From: Octopus sinensis
Lineage: Eukaryota
Assembly: GCF_006345805.1 (NCBI RefSeq)
Contig: NC_043020.1
Location: 15,500,001 to 15,564,000, forward strand
DNA: 64,000 bases
Reading direction: 5' to 3'
The first letter of the stretch is position 1; each line of letters begins with the position of its first letter. Positions 53,450 to 64,000 of this stretch are shown in pieces. The notes beneath the pieces were generated by a model. It was not told the DNA's origin. It made no database searches and was given only the letters and a program-made list of their open reading frames with translations. The position numbers were made by a program, and so were the translations under genes.

Positions 53450-54370
53450 CATTGGGTTTAAGAAACAATTGTACAAACTTTCTTTCAGATAAAAAATACA
53501 GATACAAATCTATCCACTCTCTACTGGAAACCCTCCTCTTCCAGTTAGGTTCAAAACTTTAAAGCTGTCAGCAACAATATCAGCTCAATGAAGGCCAAGT
53601 GAGATGAGAAGTGTTGGAGCAAAAGCTGAGCTTATTTTGGTATTTCTAATACTTGGCTTCAAGTTTGGGTTTAAATTTTTTTTTAAAGCACTTCTATATT
53701 CTTTTAAAAATGTGTTCTTATTTTCAGTTTGATCATGTTGGAGTTGAATCACTGCCCTCAGCCAATGTTTCTTTATCATTAGATACCTGAACTTCTTTCA
53801 ATCTTTCAAAATATTTGCTCACCACATGTAATTTTTTAAATACTTGTTTTTGAAGAAATAAAAGTAGTGACATCATTTTGTCTTTTAAAGAGTGTTGTTC
53901 CAAAAGATGCTGAATGGTAACAAAATCCTTCATTAACTTCATTTCTGACAACAAAAACTGGATTGATACTTCAGCCTTGACTAAATTTGTCTTCTAGAAA
54001 TACAGATTTTAAAGAACAATTTCAATGGGGGTGAAGTATATCCATTAGGCTTTGTAGAATATTCCATTCAGCATATGATATTGTCTCCATGGATCCAATC
54101 ACTCTAAGAGCCTCAAGTCTGCATTATTTTTTTTCTTTCAGAAGCCTTTTATCAATGGCCAAAAGACTATTTCAAGAAAAAGTAGTTTACAATGAAGTAA
54201 AAATTTAATTATGATTTTATGTCATACTTAATAAAATCTTGTAACAGTTCATTTTTTTTAGATGGAGATTTACAAAATATTTTTGCATATTTTTCTAAAT
54301 TTATTGCTTTACAGTTTTCTTCAAGCTCCAGGGAAGATTCATTTTCATTGTTATTTGCAAAAATTAATAA
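53450..54370 (-). mobile_element. Highly degenerate hAT-like transposase fragment
   Basis: Fragments KSPSKKNELLQDFIK and EWNILQSLMDILHP resemble hAT transposases (recalled, not searched); many stops and frameshifts. Confidence 0.45.
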
Positions 54371-54694
54371 TTGCTTTACATGCATCTGATATTTTAATGT
54401 AGGTGCAGGTGTGGCTGTGTGGGTAAGAAGTTTGCTTCCTATATGGTTTTGGGTTCAATCCCGCTGTGTGGCATCTTGGGTAAGTGTCTTTTACTATAGC
54501 TCTGCACCAGCCAAAGTTTTGTGATTGAATTTCGTAGAGGCTGTCGTTTCTTTCTCTGTTTGCCTATCTGTCTGTCTCTCTCTCTCTACACACACACATG
54601 AATAAGTACATAAATGCAAAGCAAAATGGGAAAAATAGTACTCGAATACTGAAGGTAGAGCAGCATGCTTTTGTTAAAACATAATCATTATCAC

Positions 54695-54737
54695 AACTGC
54701 CTGAAGAACGATAGCGTGAAACTCTGGAATAACAGTT
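54695..54737 (+). ncRNA. Compact degenerate hammerhead-like motif
   Basis: aactgc-CTGAAGA-acg-atag-cgt-GAAA-ctctggaa-TA-acagtt; cores intact, one mismatch each in stems I and III. Confidence 0.4.
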
Positions 54738-57418
54738 TGTGAAGATTTTTTTGGGGTTTAATAATAGTACATGAGTGGCTGTGTGGTAAGTAGCCTGCTT
54801 ACGAACCACATAGTTCTGGGTTCCGTCCCACTGCGTGGCACCTTGGGCAAGTGTCTTCTGCTATAGCTTCGGGCCAACCAAAGCCTTGTGAGGAGATTTG
54901 GTTTACAGAAACTGAAAGAAGCCCGTCATATATATGTATATATATATGTGTATGTCTGTATGTTGTGTTTGCCCCCCTCCCCAACATCGCTTGACAACCG
55001 ATGCTGGTGTGTTTACGTCCCCGTAACTTAGTGGTTCAGCAAAAGAGACTGATAGAATAAGTACTAGGCTTACAAAGAATAAGTCCTGGGGTCGATTTGC
55101 TCGACTAAAGGCGGTGCTCCAGCATGGCCACAGTCAAATGACCGAAACAAGTAAATGAATGAACATACAAACATACATTTGTCTGTGTGTCCTTGTGTTT
55201 GTAGCTCCATCATTAGTGTGATGAAAACGGAAAGTTTAATCAAGATCATTATCATTTCCTGCTGCTTACTCCACCTGCAGCAGAATGTGCACTAACACGA
55301 GATAATTGCTTTCGTTGTCTGAATCTATTTGTTTATTTATTGCCCACAGGGGGGGGGGGGGCTAAACATAGAGGGGATAAACAAGGACAGACAAAGGGAA
55401 TAAGTCGATTACATTGACCCCAGGGCATAACTGGTACTTATTTAATTGACCCCGAAAGGATGAAAGGCAAAGTTGACATCAGCGGAATTTGAACTCAGAA
55501 CGTAATGGCAGACGAAATACCGCTAAGCATTTCACCCGGCATGCTATCGTTTCTGCTAGCTCATTGCCCTAAATTGTTGTCTGAATCTATGTTATCAGAC
55601 ATAGCAGGTACCAGTATCACACAACTGGCACTTGAGCTGGTGGTACACAAAAGCACCCATCACACTCTCAGAGTGGTTGGTGTTAGGAAGGGCATCCAGC
55701 TGTAGAAAACCATGCCAAATCAGACAGGAGTCTGGTGAAGCCTTCCAGCTTACCAGCTCTGGTCAAACTGTCCAACCCATGCCAGCATAGACAAAGGACG
55801 TCAAATGATGGTGATGATGATGATGACTAGCCTAGCATCTGTTCATCTGTATCTATAAAAGGCATATGTGTGTGTGTACGTGAATGTAATTTATGCATGT
55901 CCACAAATTAGCATGCATGTCGCTCCAATTTTAGGAGGGCATTCATCACCACCCTACCTGGGTTTTGTCAACTTATTTTTTTCCCGAGGCACCCGGCGGT
56001 AAAAATCTATTTTCAACCATAGCTTTTACCAATTTTGACGGTTGATAACATGAGTTAAGTCCCTTCTAGCCATAGCCAAGTGAAAGTGTGTGTGAGGGAG
56101 AGAGAGAAGTTATGTTGATGTGTGTGTGTGTGTGTGAGGGAGAGAGAGTGTTTCACTACGTCTAACAAAAACAGTAAAGAAAAAGTATGTGTAAGGAAGA
56201 GTGGGAGAGAGTTTGACAGCATCTAACGAAAAAAAAGGTAAAGACAAAGTGAGAGAGTAAGGGAGAGTAAGTGACAGCATTCATAAAAAATAAAATGTAA
56301 AATGTTTTGTTTTTTCTTAAACACGAGATATAGTGTTCAAATTTAGGATGTTTTTGAAAGACACTATATTTTATAATCAGATTATATATACTTTCTCACA
56401 CAACAATTAAAATATATTTATTTTAAATCATTTATTTATTTTAAATCGTTCATCTTTCTTCTCCCTCTCTCTCTCACACACACACATTACTTTGGGTGTG
56501 AAAGAGTTTTGTTTTTATTTTACACCAAGTAAAAAAGTGTTTTGTTGAGAATCCATTTATTTAACAACAAAGAAACAAAGAGGTAGGTAACAATTTGTCA
56601 TCGAATTACACAATATAAATGGGTACAATTTGCGAGGCTTCCACCACACCCCACTCCATTTTACGGACCACAAAAAGGGTTTTGTAGTATATTAGGAGGC
56701 CAGAGTAGTTGATTCCACGCAAAAAACCCAAATTTTTTTCTTAGTGAAAATTGTGCGAGTGTTAATCTACAAATTTACCAATATTTTTTCCATTCATTTC
56801 TGTTTATGAACATGCATGCGTGCAAAAAACATATGCAATAGGTGTACGTACGTATGTGTGTGTATGTGTGTTCGTGTGTGTTGCCCATATATATTTATAT
56901 TATATTATATTATATATATATATATATATAAAGCTAATCCAAACACGAAAACACAAAGAGAAAACACAACAACGTGAGGACATGGAACAAGTATAGTATA
57001 TCTCATGTTAGCTTTATCAGCCATACTCTTTTGGGTTAGGGCATGTTGGATTATGGTATTAATTTTGGAGTTGTCCACCTAGATTGATTGCTTTCACTGC
57101 AGCTAAGGTGTTGAGCTGGTAGAAACATTAGCACTCTAGGCGAAATACTCAGCGATATTTCATCTGTATATATATATATATATATAAAGCTAATCCAAAC
57201 ACGAAAACACAAAGAGAAAACACAACAACGTGAGGACATGGAACAAGTATAGTATATCTCATGTTAGCTTTATCAGCCATACTCTTTTGGGTTAGGGCAT
57301 GTTGGATTATGGTATTAATTTTGGAGTTGTCCACCTAGATTGATTGCTTTCACTGCAGCTAAGGTGTTGAGCTGGTAGAAACATTAGCACTCTAGGCGAA
57401 ATACTCAGCGATATTTCA

Positions 57419-57568
57419 TCTGTATATATATATATATATATATAAACTAATTTCAACGGATTTCACCCAAATTTGACGTTGATATTACTTAGTTTGGTTT
57501 GAAATAAAGAACTTGATTAGCTTAATAATCTTAACTTAATCCCAGGCAAAGCTGGGTTATACTGCTAG
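57419..57568 (+). mobile_element. Helitron-like 3' end
   Basis: CCCAG-gcaaag-CTGGG hairpin then CTAG|T; 5' boundary uncertain. Confidence 0.45.
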
Positions 57569-58572
57569 TCAGCTATAAAATGGGAAGTTTTGGCCCACTA
57601 AGTTCCTAGGGGGGAGAGTTTTGCTATGAGCGACCTGAGATCTTGATGTAAGAACTGGTTGATTTCACTTGGTGGTTTTCAGCTTGAACAGAATTCAACC
57701 CAGAATCCTTGACATTATGCTTTGCATTTTACCAACATTTGAATAAAATTGTAGCCAGAATTTTTGTGATGCTGTATTTCAGGATTTTCTATCCTTTCTG
57801 TCTTCATTTTTATGAGCATTTAAAACTATACAACATATTGACAATTATTAATGTCCTACCAGTTTGCTGTATCAAATTTTAGCAACAGTAATAAATATTT
57901 CTTTGCGGTCAATTACAACTTGTCTTTGAATTTGTTTATTATTAACCATCCTGAATTCATTTAACAGAGGACATAATATAACAGACCTTAAAACTGCAAT
58001 TCATACAACCATGTACATTCCTTATAGCTAAAGAGTAACTTCATGATCCCCACAACTCCAGAACTCCCTAACTGGATCTTCACCATAGGATGCAGTTTTA
58101 TGTCATACTTGAAGTAGTTACCTCCATAGTATGAATGAACCTATGTTATTGGGTATATCTCATGTTAGTTTTATCAGCCATACCCTTTTGGGTTAGGGCA
58201 TGATGGATTATGGTATTAATTTTGGAGCTGTCCACCTAGATTGATTGCTTTCACTGCAGCTGAGTGGTGAGCTGGGCGAAATACTCAGCGGTATTTCATC
58301 TGTCTTTACATTCTGAGTTCAAATTCCACCAAGGTCGACTTTGCCTTTCATCCTTTCGGGGTCGATAAATTATGTACCAGTTACACACTGAGGTTGATGT
58401 AATCGACTTAATCCGTTTGTCTGTCCTTGTTTGTCCCCTCTATATTTAGCCCCTTGTGAGTAATAAAGAAATAAGGAGCTCAATCTATTCTAAAAAAAAA
58501 TCTATTTAACCCATAGATGGAACCCTAACAGGTACTACCATTCAGGGTCAGAACAGACCTGGAAGTAACAGT

Positions 58573-58735
58573 AGGACTGGATAAATTGAATTGTCAAGGC
58601 ACTTTTCCCAACGCCACCTCCACCAACGACTACCAACTTATAGGTATTACTGGAGCTGTTTGTGTCAGCACAGCGAGACATTTCTGGTGGAAATCGAGCA
58701 CCTCCGCCGCCCTGGACATAGTTTAATGACATACT
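58573..58735 (-). pseudogene. R-Ras/R-Ras2-like N-terminal fragment ([37 protein letters not shown]), truncated
   Basis: P-loop segment matches the R-Ras2/Ras64B consensus; homology ends after SY at a repeat fragment; no downstream Ras exons (DTAGQ, NKxD) found in the window. Confidence 0.6.
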
Positions 58736-59034
58736 CTGGATAAAAGATAATTTCAACAGTTGATAAAGAAATAACAAATTGAAAAGAAAAAAAGAAATAT
58801 AAACAAAAAAATATAAACAAACAAGAATCTCATGTAATGGTTTATATTTGAGATTAAAATTTTTGTTTAATTTTGTTTCCACTATCCAATCTTCATCAGA
58901 TTCTTTCACACAAAACATTTGAGTTTTCAAACATTCATAAACATTTTCTGATAAATATAATACAATTTCCATAGGAAAGTCTTTGAATGTTGAAGATTTA
59001 ATTCCAATGAGACTTATGCTGAACACAAATACAA

Positions 59035-59338
<304 letters not shown>

Positions 59339-59658
59339 GTATGGATGCTGCATTCCTATGAAGCTATTGTGTGGAAGATTTTGAGATGCTGAACATCTTA
59401 GTGGATGCGTGACTATGAGAACAAACAGATTTATAGAAGGAAGGCAAGGGAGATAATCTAATCTCTTTTAACATGAACTCCAAATAAACTGGCGAGAGGG
59501 GAGGATGTATGCACGATGCATATGTGTGTGTGTGTGTATGAGTGCCTATGTGTGCGAGTGTGTATTGTTTGTATGTGTAAGTGAAAACTGAGGAATGGAA
59601 TTAAGCTATCATTTATCTCACAGCAGGAAGGCATTTTCCAATTTTATATTTATTTATA

Positions 59659-59786
<128 letters not shown>

Positions 59787-61311
59787 GGATAAGAGACGCT
59801 TATTTTGAATGTACAAATAATTTACTCGGCAGAAGGTAGCATTCAGATAAAAGCGTCATTTAATAAAGTTACAATATTGCTGTCTTTGCTTCCACCACCA
59901 CCACCACCACCACCATCACTTCCTCTCCTCCACCACCACCTCCATCACTTCCTCTCCCCCACCTTTCCTGGCGATGCAACAGCAGTGTACTTCCATGCTG
60001 TTGTCACAGTTTCAAGAGTCGTACAATATTTCTTTGATCCATCCATCTATTTATACTGTGTAGTAATGCTGGTTACAGCCAATATCATATCTAAATTTTG
60101 CTTCCTCAACTCCAGCCCCACTTCCACCAGGTGGTCATTTTCAAGCACAGGGTTTCAGGTTCGATCTCACTGGACCTTGGACACTTCAGGCAAAAGTGTC
60201 TTCTACTACAGCCCTGGGCTGATCAAAGTCTTGCGTATGAATTCAGTAGAGGGAAACCGAAAGAAGACTGTTGTGTTTTATATGCAATTACAAACAAGGA
60301 CAGACAAACGGATTAAGTTGATTATATCAACCCCAGTGCATAATTGGTACTTATTTAATTGATCCTGAAAGGATGAAAGGCAAAGTTGACCTCGGCAGAA
60401 TTTGAACTCAGAACATAGCGGCAGACGAAACACCACTCAGCACTTGGCCTGGCATGCTAACGTTTCTGCCAGCTCGCTGCATTATGAATAGTAAAGTTTA
60501 TCTTTACTTTTGAATAGTAAAGTTTATCATCATCATCATCATCATTTAACGTCCGCTTTCCATGCTAGCATGGGTTGGACGATTTTGACTAAGGGCTGGT
60601 GAACCAGATGGCTGCACCAGGCTCCAATCTTGATTTGGCAGAGTTTCTACAGCTGGATGCCCTTCCTAATGCCAATCACTCCGAGAGTGTAGTGGGTGCT
60701 TTTTACGTGCCACCGGCACAGGGGCCAATCCGGTGGTATTGGCAACGACCTCGCTCAAATCCTTTTACACATGCCACTAGCACAGGGGCCGAATAATAAA
60801 ATTTATCTGCCAAAAAAAAGTGGTGGTCCTATAAAGGATGATATTACTGTTGTCTACGCCCCAGGAAAACATCTTTTCCTGCTGGCTATCAACACAGTCT
60901 ATGTCCATATAGTGTTTGCAAGGGAGGTCACTGTTTCCATTTCCAGCCTTATGTGATACTCACAGACCACCACATTCTGTTGGCAAATAAACTTTACTAT
61001 TTAAAAGCATAAAAGTTAAACAAGAAACACCTGAAAACCAATACTGAAGTGGAAAACCAAATAAAATACAGGTGAAAATATGTACAAACTCTTTACTCTC
61101 TCTTTTACTCTTTTACTTGTTTCAGTCATTTGACTGTGGCCATGCTGGAACACCACCTTTAGTCAAGCAAATCGACCCCAGGACTTATTCTTTGTAAGCC
61201 TAGTACTTATTCTATCGATCTCTTTTGCCAAAGCACTAAGTTACGGGGACGTAAACACACCACCATCGGTTGTCAAGCCATGTTGGGGGGACAAACACAG
61301 ACACACATACA

Positions 61312-61347
<36 letters not shown>

Positions 61348-61689
61348 TACATATATACGAGAGGCTTCTTTCAGTTTCTGTCTACTAAATCCAATCAGAA
61401 GGCTTTGGTCAGCCCGAGGCTATAGTAGAAGACACTTGCCCAAGGTGCCACGCAGTAGTACTGAACCCAGAACCATGTGGTTGGTAAGCAAGCTACTTAC
61501 CACGCAGCCACTCCTCCGCCTATGTTAATTAGAACAAATCATCATCATTTAATGTCCATTTTCCATGCTGGCATGGGTTGGATGGTTTAACAGGAGCCAG
61601 CATGGCCAGGGGCTGTACCAGGTTCCATAGTTTGTCTTGGTTTCTACAGCTGGATGCCCTTCCTAATGTCAACCACTATGAACTGGGCA

Positions 61690-64000
61690 CTTTTTATGTG
61701 GCACCAGCACTAGTTCTTTTTGTTATGGAACCAACACCAGTGTCTTTTACATGGCACCAGCACCAGGGCTATTCACATGGCACCAGCACCAGTGCTATTC
61801 ACATGTAATCAACACCAGCGCTTTTTATGTGGCACCACCATCAGTGCATTTTATGTGGCACCAGCACCAGTGCTTTATACGTGGAACCACCATCAGTGCT
61901 TTTTATGTGACACTAGCACCAGTGCTTTATACGTGGCACCAGCATCGGTGCTTTTTATGTGGCACCAGCACCAGTGCTTTCTACATGGCACCAGCACCAG
62001 TGCTTTTTATGTGACACTAGCACCAGTGCTTTATATGTGGCACCAACACCAGTGTTTTTTATGTGACACTAGCACCAGTGCTTTATACGTGGCACCAGCA
62101 CCAGTGTTTTTTATGTGACACTAGCACCAGTGCTTTATACGTGGCACCAGCACCAGTGCTTTTTATGTGACACTAGCACTAGTGCTTTTTATGTAACACT
62201 AGCACCAGTGCTTTATATGTGGCACCAACACCAGTGTTTTTTATGTAACACTAGCACTAGTGCTTTATATGTGGCACCAACACCAGTGCTTTTTATGTGA
62301 CACTAGCACTAGTGCTTTTTATGTAACACTAGCACCAGTGCTTTATATGTGGCACCAACACCAGTGCTTTTTATGTGACACTAGCACTAGTGCTTTTTAT
62401 GTAACACTAGCACCAGTGCCTTATATGTGGCACCAACACCAGTGTTTTTTATGTGACACTAGCACCAGTGCTTTATACGTGGCACCAGCATCAGTGCTTT
62501 TTATGTGACACTAGCACTAGTGCTTTTTATGTAACACTAGCACCAGTGCTTTATATGTGGCACCAACACCAGTGCTTTTTATGTGACACTAGCACTAGTG
62601 CTTTTTATGTAACACTAGCACCAGTGCTTTATATGTGGCACCAACACCAGTGTTTTTTATGTGACACTAGCACCAGTGCTTTATACGTGGCACCAGCACC
62701 AGTGCTTTTTATGTGACACTAGCACTAGTGCTTTTTATGTAACACTAGCACCAGTGCTTTATATGTGGCACCAACACCAGTGTTTTTTATGTGACACTAG
62801 CACCAGTGCTTTATACGTGGCACCAGCACCAGTGCTTTTTATGTAACACTAGCACCAGTGCTTTATACGTGGCACCAGCACCAGTGCTTTTTATGTGACA
62901 CTAGCACTAGTGCTTTTTATGTAACACTAGCACCAGTGCTTTATATGTGGCACCAACACCAGTGTTTTTTATGTAACACTAGCACCAGTGCTTTATACGT
63001 GGCACCAGCACCAGGCTTTTTATGTAACACTAGCACCAGTGCTTTATACGTGGCACCAGCACCAGTGCTTTTTATGTGACACTAGCACTAGTGCTTTTTA
63101 TGTAACACTAGCACCAGTGCTTTATATGTGGCACCAACACCAGTGTTTTTTATGTAACACTAGCACCAGTGCTTTATACGTGGCACCAGCACCAGTGCTT
63201 TTTATGTGACACTAGCACTAGTGCTTTTTATGTAACACTAGCACCAGTGCTTTATACGTGGCACCAGCACCAGTGCTTTTTATGTGACACTAGCACTAGT
63301 GCTTTTTATGTAACACTAGCACCAGTGCTTTATATGTGGCACCAACACCAGTGTTTTTTATGTAACACTAGCACCAGTGCTTTATACGTGGCACCAGCAC
63401 CAGTGCTTTTTATGTGACACTAGCACTAGTGCTTTTTATGTAACACTAGCACCAGTGCTTATACGTGGCACCAGCACCAGTGCTTTTTATGTGACACTAG
63501 CACTAGTGCTTTTTATGTAACACTAGCACCAGTGCTTTATATGTGGCACCAACACCAGTGTTTTTTATGTAACACTAGCACCAGTGCTTTATACGTGGCA
63601 CCAGCACCAGTGCTTTTTATGTGACACTAGCACTAGTGCTTTTTATGTAACACTAGCACCAGTGCTTTATATGTGGCACCAACACCAGTGTTTTTTATGT
63701 AACACTAGCACCAGTGCTTTATACGTGGCACCAGCACCAGTGCTTTTTATGTGACACTAGCACTAGTGCTTTTTATGTAACACTAGCACCAGTGCTTTAT
63801 ACGTGGCACCAGCACCAGTGCTTTTTATGTGACACTAGCACTAGTGCTTTTTATGTAACACTAGCACCAGTGCTTTATATGTGGCACCAACACCAGTGTT
63901 TTTTATGTAACACTAGCACCAGTGCTTTATACGTGGCACCAGCACCAGTGCTTTTTATGTGACACTAGCACTAGTGCTTTTTATGTAACACTAGCACCAG
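61690..64000. repeat. 26-bp minisatellite with 78- and 130-bp higher-order repeats, running off the window
   Basis: Monomers TGGCACCAGCACCAGTGCTTTTTATG, TGACACTAGCACTAGTGCTTTTTATG and TAACACTAGCACCAGTGCTTTATACG. Confidence 0.95.

Noticed and set aside
58560-58573. Apparent frameshifted continuation (F)VT of the Ras fragment
   Set aside because: These bases look like part of an adjacent repeat fragment (GGTACTACC...GACCTGGAAGTAAC), so the match is probably chance
60962-61030. Possible - strand CPOX first exon (ATG TGG TGG TCT / GTGAGT)
   Set aside because: Only splice-like words; no homology or other support
61690-64000. Array superficially like CRISPR or a His/Cys-rich repeat protein (WHQHQCFLCDTSTS)
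   Set aside because: No unique spacers and no cas genes; frames break repeatedly; origin traceable to a SINE

Overview
AT-rich, microsatellite- and repeat-dense metazoan genomic DNA. The SINE and microsatellite landscape resembles octopus genomes, but this is an inference I cannot confirm without a search. Two convergent spliced genes were reconstructed by hand from GT-AG boundaries and continuous frames. (1) A + strand S1 (chymotrypsin-fold) serine protease: last 4 coding exons at 2182-8237, with the catalytic Asp and Ser; the His exon is upstream of the window. (2) A - strand oxygen-dependent coproporphyrinogen III oxidase (CPOX): 8 coding exons at 40145-16296, 268 aa in frame; the N-terminal exon(s) were not found. 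An isolated R-Ras2-like N-terminal fragment sits at about 58.6 kb. The rest is tRNA-derived SINEs (4-5 families), Tc1/mariner, hAT, Gypsy, CR1 and R4/Dong relics, MITEs, Helitron-like elements, long simple repeats and one 100-N gap. The most notable unannotated signal is a set of about 7 hammerhead-ribozyme-like motifs from several unrelated families, mostly inside tail-to-tail inverted repeats typical of Penelope-like elements. Two look intact and lie in sense orientation in host introns, and one is fused to a tRNA-like Pol III head. Also notable: a 26-bp minisatellite born from a SINE interior, and an R4/Dong LINE embedded in about 2.4 kb of (TAA)n/TAG repeat. Exon coordinates were counted base by base; repeat boundaries are approximate (about +/-10-20 bp).
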